DNA of 64,000 bases. It comes from a virus. The notes beneath the pieces are model-generated. The model saw only the letters and a program-made list of their open reading frames with translations. It ran no database searches and was not told the DNA's origin. Of this stretch, positions 19,034 to 28,122 are shown piece by piece (within the stretch, counting starts at the first letter, position 1; every line of letters starts with the position of its first letter). A program made the translations under genes and the position numbers. Location of the stretch: the IMG/VR virus record IMGVR_UViG_3300035190_000190, positions 1 through 64,000 of that record. The stretch is one strand, 5' to 3'.

Positions 19034-20815
19034 ATGCATAATGTCTATCTATTCCAGCCACAATATGCTGTAGAATTTCGAGAAGAAAAAAATTATTGGT
19101 TACCATATAGTGCTGGGTGCTTATGGAGTTATGCTAGCCAATTTACTGATATAAGAGAAAATTTTATTCTTCGAGAATTATTCTTTAAAAGACAGCCTAT
19201 CGACGAAATATTAGATAGGATCGATAATCCGAAAGTTTGTGGATTTAGTTGTTATTTGTGGAACGAACGGTATAGTCTAACATTAGCTAAAGCGATAAAA
19301 TTGCGATGGCCGGAATGTATAATTGTATTTGGTGGCGCTCAGGTCAGTGGCCGTATGCTTAAATATGAATTTATCGATTCACTGGTTATGGCAGAAGGTG
19401 AAGAAGCATTTACTAAAATTTTACAAGATATAATTGCTAAAAATCCCATAGATAAGCTAACGTCACGAGCACGGCTTCAAGATCTTAATATACCAAGTCC
19501 GTATGTCACTGGTGTGTTTGATCAATTAATTATAGATAACCCTAATACTATATGGGCAATGACATTAGAAACTAATCGAGGGTGTCCGTATGCTTGTACA
19601 TTTTGTGATTGGGGAGGTACCACTTATAGTAAAGTTAAGAAGTTCGATCTCGACAAGGTTGCGGCAGAACTAGACTGGGCAGTTAATCATCGAGTGGCTT
19701 ATATTTTTAGTGCTGATGCTAATTTTGGTATATTTAAAGAACGAGATGTTGAAATTGCTAAATTGATACGGACAGCGGCTGATAATTCAATTATCGAAAC
19801 TGTTAATTTACAATTTGCAAAGAATAGTACAGAAATTGTTTTCGAAATTGCTAAAATCATGGGGCCATATAATCGAGGTATTACAGTTAGTGTGCAGAGT
19901 ATGAATGACCTTACTTTAGAAACAATTAAACGTAAAAATCTTGAAATAAACAATATTAAATATCTATTAGAACTTAGCAAAAAGTATGACCTTAGTACTT
20001 ACACCGAAGTTATATTGGGATTACCTCACGAAACAAAAGAATCATGGATAAATGGATTATCCCAACTGTTAGAATTGGGACAACACCAAAGCATTGATAT
20101 CTGGTTTACACAATTACTCGAGAATTCAGAACTTGCCACAGAACAAAGTAGAAGAGAGTACGGTATTAAATCTATATTAGTTAAAGATTATATGAACTTA
20201 GACCAAACCGAAGATAGTATACCCGAATATACTGAAATTGTGTGCGAAACTAATACAATGTCTACTGAGGAAATGATTGATTGTTATATGTATACCTGGA
20301 TGATCATACATTTTCATATTGCCGGGTATACACAAATTATAGCCAAATATGCCAGAAATCTTGAAAATATATCATTCAAAATATTTTACGACCAATTATT
20401 TACAGAAATACAATATAATAAATCGCTCGGCGAACATTACCAATCGTTACGAAATACTGTTACTGATTATCTAACTACAGGTACCCTAACAGGAAAACTA
20501 GCCGGCGGCCATGCATTGCATGCAGTTTCGTATAAGTTTATGTACGAAAATAGATGCACCGTAGCTAACCTTGCTGTAACTGCATTAAAAAAATTAATAC
20601 CGATTGTACCATCAGATCTACTGTTACTGCAAGATTTGTTTATTATAGATATAACTACACAATATCCCCAAACCTTACAAACCAATTATAACATCGACAC
20701 TGGCAGTAAGATGATAACTACCTATGTAATAACTCAACGAATTAAAGAACAAATAGAAGATTTTTATACTATACGGAGAAAAGGGTTAATAAAAAACCTA
20801 TTATTAATATTATGA
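19034..20815 (+). CDS. cobalamin-binding radical SAM protein (class B methyltransferase-like)
   Basis: N-terminal B12-binding-like 'GFSCYLWN...VFGG...EGE' and 'RGCPYACTFCDW'. Confidence 0.88.
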   Translation: MHNVYLFQPQYAVEFREEKNYWLPYSAGCLWSYASQFTDIRENFILRELFFKRQPIDEILDRIDNPKVCGFSCYLWNERYSLTLAKAIKLRWPECIIVFGGAQVSGRMLKYEFIDSLVMAEGEEAFTKILQDIIAKNPIDKLTSRARLQDLNIPSPYVTGVFDQLIIDNPNTIWAMTLETNRGCPYACTFCDWGGTTYSKVKKFDLDKVAAELDWAVNHRVAYIFSADANFGIFKERDVEIAKLIRTAADNSIIETVNLQFAKNSTEIVFEIAKIMGPYNRGITVSVQSMNDLTLETIKRKNLEINNIKYLLELSKKYDLSTYTEVILGLPHETKESWINGLSQLLELGQHQSIDIWFTQLLENSELATEQSRREYGIKSILVKDYMNLDQTEDSIPEYTEIVCETNTMSTEEMIDCYMYTWMIIHFHIAGYTQIIAKYARNLENISFKIFYDQLFTEIQYNKSLGEHYQSLRNTVTDYLTTGTLTGKLAGGHALHAVSYKFMYENRCTVANLAVTALKKLIPIVPSDLLLLQDLFIIDITTQYPQTLQTNYNIDTGSKMITTYVITQRIKEQIEDFYTIRRKGLIKNLLLIL

Positions 20816-21951
20816 CATTAGACCACACACAAACAATTTTTGATAATCAAACCTTAAATTATGACTTAGAAAAATATCCATTACCTGCTATAGTATTAGA
20901 AACTATTCAACAATTTTATCCAGATGCAACAACACTGGACACATTGCACGAAGTGGTGCCGGCAAATAAAATACAACAATTAATGGTTGACACCACACAG
21001 GCTTTACTTAAGAATAAATTTTATGATTACTATGATACTATGATTCAAGATCAGATAGTATCAACGCTAGGCAAGGAAGTATTAATTCAAAAGTTTGGTA
21101 ATCTTAGAATCCTACCACCAAATCAAGACCAAATTGGAGCAGTATTGCTATTTCATCAAGGTCGGTGGGTGGGTAATGGGTTGGGTTTACGCACAATTTG
21201 GATGCCATTCACTGATTGCTATGAAAGTAATAGCATGCAAATGTTAGATTTAGACATTAGTAGAAAAATTACTAGAGAATCTGTTATAGAGAAATGGAGT
21301 TATGAAAAATTACAACAAGTCTGTGTAGATAACTGTTGGCCGGTTACATTACAGCCAGGGCAGGCACACTTGTTTTTACAAGAACATATACACGGTAATA
21401 TCCCCAATAGGACTAATAAAACTAGAGTTAGTATCGATATAAGATTGTTAATAAAAGATGAGCAACCTCATCGTAAATGGCCAGGGGCATATTTCCGCAA
21501 ATTATTCGATCGAGACTATTCCAAAACTATCCCAATCTTAGCACATGAAAAAGTATTAAATTATTGTGAATACGAAGGCGTTAAAACTAAACATATTGAT
21601 CTATATTTTCAAACATTAGTAGTCAAATCCTATTGCCAAAAACGTGGATATACTTATCCGTATCAACATGGAGACAACGAAGGATTAAACTATGCGCATC
21701 TTGAGTATTTGATATCTAGCAAGAGTGCAGATCATTTATTATTGTTTAGTATTTTTAGTTTGCCAGATGATGCTGCACATCGTATAAGATTACTGACTAC
21801 TGCATTAGATCTCGGTGTACGAATACATCTGTGCAATGAAGAAATGGTATTAGAATCTTATGAAGATCTTGAAAAAATAGAATATATTCGAAACTTTACA
21901 AATGATTGGTCGACTCCAGTCGAACAGCTTAGTAAAGAATTGAATAATTAA
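20812..21951 (+). CDS. 2OG-Fe(II) oxygenase-like domain fused to a LIC12192-like 'sporadic carbohydrate cluster' domain
   Basis: N-terminal 'FHQG...IWMP...HGN..N.T.KTRVSIDIR'; C-terminal 'FQTLVVKSYC...LFSIFSLPDD...IHLCNE'. Confidence 0.65.
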   Translation: MTLDHTQTIFDNQTLNYDLEKYPLPAIVLETIQQFYPDATTLDTLHEVVPANKIQQLMVDTTQALLKNKFYDYYDTMIQDQIVSTLGKEVLIQKFGNLRILPPNQDQIGAVLLFHQGRWVGNGLGLRTIWMPFTDCYESNSMQMLDLDISRKITRESVIEKWSYEKLQQVCVDNCWPVTLQPGQAHLFLQEHIHGNIPNRTNKTRVSIDIRLLIKDEQPHRKWPGAYFRKLFDRDYSKTIPILAHEKVLNYCEYEGVKTKHIDLYFQTLVVKSYCQKRGYTYPYQHGDNEGLNYAHLEYLISSKSADHLLLFSIFSLPDDAAHRIRLLTTALDLGVRIHLCNEEMVLESYEDLEKIEYIRNFTNDWSTPVEQLSKELNN

Positions 21952-21963
21952 TTATCAAATAGT

Positions 21964-21993
21964 TTGACTAGACCTAAATAATAGTGTTATACT
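21964..21993 (+). promoter_or_regulatory. sigma70-type (extended -10) promoter with nested TAAATA
   Basis: TTGACT-N18-TATACT with TG extension; TAAATA at 21975-21980. Confidence 0.6.
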
Positions 21994-22039
21994 AATATAT
22001 CAGTCGCCAATATCCACTGGCTTAACATAGGAGCAATAA

Positions 22040-22741
22040 ATGTCAGAAATTAAATATGCAGTAAGCGAACGAATTCGCAGTAACTTAAAAGCGAAGAATA
22101 AACGCTTCTGGGCAGGTGACAACGTATCTGAATATATCACTGAAGAAGATAAACAACTATTAATCAACGAAGCCACATTGGCTTTTGAAGGAGTGCTAGA
22201 TGCACTACTAATTGACCGTGAAAATGATCCAAACTCAAAAGGCACAGCACGTAGACTTGCTAAGATGTACTATCATGAAATTATGGCAGGTAGATATGAT
22301 CCGGCGCCAGATGCAACTGCATTTCCAAATGATAGCACGGATCGCTATGAAGGTATGCTAGTGGTACGTAGTGAACTGCGTAGTATGTGTAGTCATCATC
22401 ATCAACCAGTTAAAGGTGTAGCCTATATTGGTATTATTGCTGCACAAAAACTAATTGGACTTAGTAAGTATACACGTATCGCGCAATGGTGTGCTACACG
22501 TGGCACATTACAAGAAGAATTATGTAATGATATTTCAAGAGAGATTATGAAGGCTACGGGCAGTAATGATGTTGCTGTATATATTCAAGCAACACATGGT
22601 TGCTGTGAGAATCGTGGTATTTTAGCACATAGCTCGCTCACACAAACTACAGTACTCAAAGGTGCATTTAATAATGACCCAGGTACTAAACAAGAATTCT
22701 TTGATAATGTAAAACTTCAACAACAGTTTGCACCACGATAG
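22040..22741 (+). CDS. folE: GTP cyclohydrolase I
   Basis: 'SMCSHHHQP', 'GLSKYTR', 'LQE', 'HGCCENRG'. Confidence 0.95.
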   Translation: MSEIKYAVSERIRSNLKAKNKRFWAGDNVSEYITEEDKQLLINEATLAFEGVLDALLIDRENDPNSKGTARRLAKMYYHEIMAGRYDPAPDATAFPNDSTDRYEGMLVVRSELRSMCSHHHQPVKGVAYIGIIAAQKLIGLSKYTRIAQWCATRGTLQEELCNDISREIMKATGSNDVAVYIQATHGCCENRGILAHSSLTQTTVLKGAFNNDPGTKQEFFDNVKLQQQFAPR

Positions 22742-22750
22742 GGAATAGTT

Positions 22751-23092
22751 ATGAAATGGTTAGATAATTGGATTCAGCGTTGCTACAACCGTGCTCGTGA
22801 GTGTGATGAACTTATTGAAGTTGATGATTGGGATGAACCAAAACGTAGTCGTCGTGGGCGCCTTAGTAAAGGAGGGCCTATTAGTGCTGGCACACGCAGA
22901 GTAGAGCATAACTATGATGATGACAGTGTTATTACTTTTAAAATCTACGGCGCTAATGGTGGTAAGATTGTAGAAACATCACGCTGGGATGAAAAGAAAG
23001 ATAACGAAAGTATTAGACGTTATGTCATTGACGAGAACGCAGATATGGCAGAAAGTTTAAGCAAGATTGTTACTATGGAGTATATGCGATGA
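22751..23092 (+). CDS. hypothetical phage protein
   Basis: ORF with SD; 'FKIYGANGGKIVE' motif. Confidence 0.7.
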   Translation: MKWLDNWIQRCYNRARECDELIEVDDWDEPKRSRRGRLSKGGPISAGTRRVEHNYDDDSVITFKIYGANGGKIVETSRWDEKKDNESIRRYVIDENADMAESLSKIVTMEYMR

Positions 23093-23586
23093 ATAATGTT
23101 GAAAAAGTTTATTACGATGACGTACACATCAAAGAAATGATTGGTAATATCACCATGCAAATGCATCGTGGCGGTGTATGGAAACCTGATTACATTGTCG
23201 GACTAACACGTGGCGGATTAATTCCAGCAGTGTATCTAAGTCATTATCTTAATGTTCCAATGGAAACGTTAAAAGTAAGTTTGCGTGATAATGCAGATAC
23301 TGAAAGTAATTGCTGGATGGCCGAAGATGCATACAATGGCAAAAACATTCTTATCGTAGATGATATCAACGACACAGGTGCTACACTAGATTGGATTATT
23401 AACGATTGGCAAAGTAGCTGTCATCCCTCTGATGCGCATTGGTCGAATGTTTGGGGTAATACTGTGAAATTTGCTGTGCTAGTTGATAATTTAAGCAGTA
23501 ACTTTAGTCGTACTGTAGACTATTCAGCTAAAGAGATTAACAAAGCAGACAAGGATGTATGGATTGTTTATCCATGGGAAAGGTAG
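23089..23586 (+). CDS. type I phosphoribosyltransferase (purine PRT-like)
   Basis: 'GLTRGGLIPA', PRPP loop 'LIVDDINDTGAT', C-terminal 'WIVYPWE'. Confidence 0.9.
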   Translation: MNNVEKVYYDDVHIKEMIGNITMQMHRGGVWKPDYIVGLTRGGLIPAVYLSHYLNVPMETLKVSLRDNADTESNCWMAEDAYNGKNILIVDDINDTGATLDWIINDWQSSCHPSDAHWSNVWGNTVKFAVLVDNLSSNFSRTVDYSAKEINKADKDVWIVYPWER

Positions 23587-23590
23587 TAAT

Positions 23591-24796
23591 ATGTCTTATA
23601 CGTATTATATATCTTCTTTCAGTTACTGTATCCATCCGGCAATTTACAAAGAATGGGCTACACTATACCTAAGTAACAAAATTAAAAAAATTAAAACTCC
23701 CATTGATCAAACTGAGGTGATATTAAGTTATTGGATGGAATCTGAAATGTATATCGAAGAAACTATCGAAATTATCAAATCTTATAATTTTAAAAAAATT
23801 ACAATAATAGCGGACTTTAGTCAAAAATCTAAATGTGATCTAATAGATGGAATCGATGTTACTTATTTAAATATATATCCATTGATATTAAAAAATATGC
23901 AATCTCAACACCAAGAAGAACCACGGTGGAATCCATGTTTAGTTAAGGGATTATTGCTTGCAGGTGCTCACATTGTACGTACAAATCGAATAGTATTATT
24001 AAAAAAATTATATGATAAACAGCAATTACTAATAGATAAAATAATGTGGACCTGTCCGCATATTAAAAAATACTCCGAGGAGTTGACTAACATATTTTTT
24101 CCTAATATTAATCGCAGCGAAGTTGATAATTTTATTAATTATTGTGATGAACAGTCAGTATTTATACCCGGATTCTTTGTGAATAACGCTAACTACGAAG
24201 AAGCCAATGAATTTGCATCAACTCAAGAAGGCGATGCACTTGCTGACTTGTTTAAACAAACAAATTTTAGTATTGTAACGGAAAGTGAATACCTTAGTCC
24301 TGATATCGACAATAGTGAATTTTTTACAGAAAAAATCTACAGAGCAATTTATAATAAACATCCATTTATTTTAGTTGGGGCGCCAAAATGTTTATCTGCT
24401 TTAAAAGCAATGGGATTTAAAACATTTGAAAATTATTTACCAATACCAGAATATGATAATATTTTAGATCTATTTCCAAGATTAGATGCTATAGTAGATA
24501 ACATTGTGGCATTTCCCGATGCCATAGCACAGTATAGTAGTAATATAAATGATGATATTGACTATAATTATGCTCTATTAAATGATAATATGAATAGAGA
24601 TTTAACATTCTTGAATAATTTATGTATTAAAAAAAATCTACCCGTTGATACATTTGAGTTCTGTTTCCCTGTTAATTGGAGTGATATCAAAAAACAGATT
24701 GCAAGTGTAAAAGAATTTAATCGGCAATCTCAAGAATTAATAGCAGAAAGAATATTGACTTCAAAGTATAAAAAGTATATTGACTTTAAAATATAA
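23591..24796 (+). CDS. AT-rich hypothetical protein with a GT10/exostosin-like C-terminal motif
   Basis: 'FSIVTES...FFTEKIYRAI..KHPFILVG...LKAMGFKTF...YD'. Confidence 0.55.
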   Translation: MSYTYYISSFSYCIHPAIYKEWATLYLSNKIKKIKTPIDQTEVILSYWMESEMYIEETIEIIKSYNFKKITIIADFSQKSKCDLIDGIDVTYLNIYPLILKNMQSQHQEEPRWNPCLVKGLLLAGAHIVRTNRIVLLKKLYDKQQLLIDKIMWTCPHIKKYSEELTNIFFPNINRSEVDNFINYCDEQSVFIPGFFVNNANYEEANEFASTQEGDALADLFKQTNFSIVTESEYLSPDIDNSEFFTEKIYRAIYNKHPFILVGAPKCLSALKAMGFKTFENYLPIPEYDNILDLFPRLDAIVDNIVAFPDAIAQYSSNINDDIDYNYALLNDNMNRDLTFLNNLCIKKNLPVDTFEFCFPVNWSDIKKQIASVKEFNRQSQELIAERILTSKYKKYIDFKI

Positions 24797-24802
24797 AAAG
24801 TA
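24753..24802 (+). repeat. 25-nt tandem duplication spanning the queE promoter
   Basis: tattgacttcaaagtataaaaagta / tattgactttaaaatataaaaagta. Confidence 0.85.
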
Positions 24803-24808
24803 TATAAT
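24780..24808 (+). promoter_or_regulatory. sigma70 promoter, likely giving a leaderless queE mRNA
   Basis: TTGACT-N17-TATAAT; ATG 6 nt after the -10; no SD. Confidence 0.7.
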
Positions 24809-24813
24809 AAATT

Positions 24814-25662
24814 ATGAAACTAAAAATCAGTGAGATATTTTATAGTGCGCAAGGCGAAGGACGTTTTATCGGCGTTCCGTCGTTATTTCTGCGTACATTT
24901 GGCTGTAACTTTACCTGCGGTGGGTTCGGTATGCCTCGCGGCGAAGTTAGTACAGAGCGCAACATAATCAAAGTTGAGCAGTATAAGACGTATAATGATT
25001 TGCCACTTGTTAATACAGGGTGCGACAGTTATGCAAGCTGGGATCCAAGGTTCAAAAGCCTGAGTCCATTGTTATCAGTAGATGAAACAGTTAAGCAAAT
25101 GCTCGATGTTGTTCCCAATAACAATTGGCAACAAGCAAATGGTAATAATGTGCATTTGGTTATCACAGGTGGTGAGCCATTATTAGGCTGGCAACGTGCG
25201 TTTCCTAAATTATTAGCACATGATGATATGTTTAACTTGCTTAACTTAACATTTGAAACAAACGGCACACAGGCATTACACGAGGACTTTGCGGCATACT
25301 TGAAGCTGTGGAAAAGACAAGCACGTGAGATTACATTTAGTGTAAGTCCAAAGTTAAGTGCCAGTGGCGAAACATGGGAAGATGCTATCAAGCCTGCGAT
25401 TGTGGCAAGTTATGAGAAGGTTGGTACAACCTATCTTAAGTTTGTTATTGAAACACCCAGCGACTTCGATGAAGTTGATCGTGCAGTAACGGCATATAGA
25501 ACGGCAGGCTTTATAGGTATGGTTTACGTTATGCCAGTTGGTGGTGTTGTCAGTGTATATGATGGTAACAAGTTCCATATCGCAGACGAAGCTATGAAGC
25601 GTGGTTATTATTACAGTCCCAGATTACATGTTGATCTATGGGGCAATAGTTGGGGCAAATGA
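24814..25662 (+). CDS. queE: 7-carboxy-7-deazaguanine synthase (radical SAM)
   Basis: 'EIFYSAQGEG', 'FLRTFGCNFTC...CDS', 'TGGEPL', 'ETNGT', 'SVSPKL', 'RLHVDLWG'. Confidence 0.92.
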   Translation: MKLKISEIFYSAQGEGRFIGVPSLFLRTFGCNFTCGGFGMPRGEVSTERNIIKVEQYKTYNDLPLVNTGCDSYASWDPRFKSLSPLLSVDETVKQMLDVVPNNNWQQANGNNVHLVITGGEPLLGWQRAFPKLLAHDDMFNLLNLTFETNGTQALHEDFAAYLKLWKRQAREITFSVSPKLSASGETWEDAIKPAIVASYEKVGTTYLKFVIETPSDFDEVDRAVTAYRTAGFIGMVYVMPVGGVVSVYDGNKFHIADEAMKRGYYYSPRLHVDLWGNSWGK

Positions 25663-25862
25663 TAGAAACAAAGAAAAGAACCATAGTTAGAATGCTTACC
25701 TATAGGCTCACAGCATGGTTATTTACAATCTTTTGGACTTGGTTAATTATGGGTGACTTAGCAACATCGACAGGATTTGCTACTATACTACATCTATTAT
25801 TAAGTATCGATTATTATGTACACGAACGTATGTGGTTAAAAATTAAATGGGGTATGAGATGA
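25659..25862 (+). CDS. DUF2061-like small membrane protein
   Basis: 'ETKKRTIVRMLTYR...YYVHERMWLKIKWG'. Confidence 0.75.
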   Translation: MIETKKRTIVRMLTYRLTAWLFTIFWTWLIMGDLATSTGFATILHLLLSIDYYVHERMWLKIKWGMR

Positions 25863-26956
25863 GTTATCTATTTACAAGTGAAAGTGTTAGTGAAGGACAT
25901 CCAGATAAAGTAGCAGATGCTATCAGTGATGCTATCTTAGATTTAGCCATGTACGGCGAAAATGTAAGTGTGCGCTGTGCCTGTGAAACATTAGTCACTA
26001 CCAATCGTGTTATCGTTGCTGGAGAATATAAAAATGTTACGCTTCATCCTGAAGAAGTCGAAAGTGTCATACGCAAAACGATTAAAGAAATTGGCTACGA
26101 ACAAACAGGGTTTGATTGGCGTACAGTTGAAATCACAAATTTATTACATGGGCAAAGTGCGGACATTGCACTAGGCACAGACACATTTGGTGCAGGTGAT
26201 CAAGGACTTATGTTTGGTTATGCGACTAATGCTACACCAAACTACATGCCGCCAGCAATTTACTGGAGTCACAAGATTGTAGAAGAACTAGCAAATCGCC
26301 GCAAAAACTTTGGTGCTACTTGGCTTGGTCCAGATGCTAAAAGTCAAATAACAATAGAATTCAATGATGATGGCACAGTAAATCATATTGCTAAAATTGT
26401 ATGCAGTACACAGCACACAGAAGAATTCAATATTCATGAAATTCGGGCGGCTGTTCATACTATTATTACTGATGTTATACCTCCTACCCTATTCAAAGCC
26501 GATACAGAGATACTTATCAACCCAACTGGCAGATTCGTTATTGGCGGACCAGATGGTGATACTGGATTAACTGGACGTAAGATTATTGTTGATACCTATG
26601 GTGGTAGTTGCCCCCATGGCGGTGGTGCTTTTAGCGGCAAAGATCCTACTAAAGTTGACCGCAGTGCTGCCTACATGGCTCGTTACCTAGCTAAAAACAT
26701 TGTAGCTAGTGGTCGTGCTAATTGGGCAACTGTACAATTAGCCTATGCCATTGGTGTAGAACAACCAATGAGTGTTTATGTCGATAGTGATGGAAATAAT
26801 ACCGAACTAACCGAGTGGATAACTACTAATGTAGACCTAACTCCTAGAGGCATTATTAACAGATTTAAACTGTTCCGCCCTATTTACAGTAGTACAACTA
26901 ATTACGGACACTTTGGTAAGGATGGTTTACCATGGGAAGAGTTAGATTTATTTTAA
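25859..26956 (+). CDS. metK: S-adenosylmethionine synthetase
   Basis: 'FTSESVSEGHPDK', 'GAGDQG', 'GRKIIVDTYGG', 'GGGAFSGKDPTKVDRS'. Confidence 0.98.
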   Translation: MSYLFTSESVSEGHPDKVADAISDAILDLAMYGENVSVRCACETLVTTNRVIVAGEYKNVTLHPEEVESVIRKTIKEIGYEQTGFDWRTVEITNLLHGQSADIALGTDTFGAGDQGLMFGYATNATPNYMPPAIYWSHKIVEELANRRKNFGATWLGPDAKSQITIEFNDDGTVNHIAKIVCSTQHTEEFNIHEIRAAVHTIITDVIPPTLFKADTEILINPTGRFVIGGPDGDTGLTGRKIIVDTYGGSCPHGGGAFSGKDPTKVDRSAAYMARYLAKNIVASGRANWATVQLAYAIGVEQPMSVYVDSDGNNTELTEWITTNVDLTPRGIINRFKLFRPIYSSTTNYGHFGKDGLPWEELDLF

Positions 26957-26965
26957 GGATATATT

Positions 26966-27397
26966 ATGTGGAAAAAAATTAAAGCATCATTAGGATTAAA
27001 CAAAGCAGAGTTGGCTGCAGAAGCCGAAGCTAAGGCATTAGCCGCACTTGAAGCTGCAGCTAAACGTGCAGAAGCCAAAGCCAAAGCCAAAGTTAAAGTA
27101 GTATCAGCCAAAGATGAAGCAACTGCAAAAAATGAACCTTGGGTAGAAATTATTGGCATGGAAATAGATGAAAAGGATCCAGGACAAGGTGCGTTTGAAC
27201 TTGATTGGAATGACATATTTGTTGCTAAATTAGTTCGTGCGGGCTATCAGGGCAAAACAGACCAAGACATTGTAGATAATTGGTTTAAAACTGTATGTCG
27301 CAATGTAGTTACAGAAACATACGAACAGGATCAAGCTGATCCTGAAAAACGCAGTAATCGACGTGATCTAGGTAATGGCAGAACGGAAGTATCTTGA
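26966..27397 (+). CDS. conserved hypothetical phage protein
   Basis: 'EPWV...GAFELDWND.FV..L...GY...IVDNWF..VC'; Ala/Lys-rich N-terminus. Confidence 0.75.
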   Translation: MWKKIKASLGLNKAELAAEAEAKALAALEAAAKRAEAKAKAKVKVVSAKDEATAKNEPWVEIIGMEIDEKDPGQGAFELDWNDIFVAKLVRAGYQGKTDQDIVDNWFKTVCRNVVTETYEQDQADPEKRSNRRDLGNGRTEVS

Positions 27398-28122
27398 TAA
27401 TATATGTAAATGGTGATAGTCATAGTGCAGGAGCAGAGGCAGCAAATGCCTTTTGTTTTTTATCCGATGACCCTGCTATGGAGTGGGATCATTACGATAT
27501 TACGCAAACAGCCGCTGGTCGTGTTCCGCACCCAGATAATATTCGAGTTAGCTACGGACAACAAGTAGCAGATTACTACAATGCCACCTTAGTGTGCAAT
27601 GCAGAAAGTGGTAGTAGTAATCAACGTATCATACGAACTACACACGCCTACTTAGAAAATAATCCTGCCCCAGATTTAATAATAATTGGTTGGGCAACCT
27701 GGGAACGAGAAGAATTCTTTATCGATGGATATTGGCATCAATTTAGCGCAAATATGGGTATTGATAAATTATCAGCAGACGCCATTGCCATTTATAAAAA
27801 TTGGGTATTAGATCGACATAGTGTACAACAGTATTGCGATCAAGCTCAATTAGATATATGGAATTTACATCAGCATCTACTTACTAATAATATTCCGCAT
27901 CTATTCTTCAATACATTTAGTGGATTAACTCCTTCTAATAAATTAGATTGGAGTAATAGCTATTATGAACCATACAATCACACACAAACATTTTTTAAAT
28001 TATTAGCTAATTGGGGATTCCAAACTGTATCTCCAACCAGCTATCACTATGGTGTAGATGCGCATCAAGCATGGTCAAATCACTTGACAAAACTTATAAA
28101 TGAAAGTATAATAGCTACATGA
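27394..28122 (+). CDS. SGNH/GDSL-like hydrolase or acyltransferase
   Basis: Block I 'VNGDSHS', 'GSSNQRI', 'IIGW' and C-terminal His 'YHYG..AH..W'. Confidence 0.6.
   Translation: MIIYVNGDSHSAGAEAANAFCFLSDDPAMEWDHYDITQTAAGRVPHPDNIRVSYGQQVADYYNATLVCNAESGSSNQRIIRTTHAYLENNPAPDLIIIGWATWEREEFFIDGYWHQFSANMGIDKLSADAIAIYKNWVLDRHSVQQYCDQAQLDIWNLHQHLLTNNIPHLFFNTFSGLTPSNKLDWSNSYYEPYNHTQTFFKLLANWGFQTVSPTSYHYGVDAHQAWSNHLTKLINESIIAT
28084..28112 (+). promoter_or_regulatory. consensus sigma70 promoter, likely giving a leaderless rnh mRNA
   Basis: TTGACA-N17-TATAAT; ATG 7 nt downstream. Confidence 0.75.

Noticed and set aside
22001-22039. preQ1-I riboswitch upstream of folE
   Set aside because: It lacks the characteristic loop consensus and A-rich 3' tail; kept only as an unclassified hairpin.
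27001-27120. GCCAAA / GCAGAAGC short repeats
   Set aside because: Explained by an Ala/Lys/Glu-rich helical linker; not a separate element.
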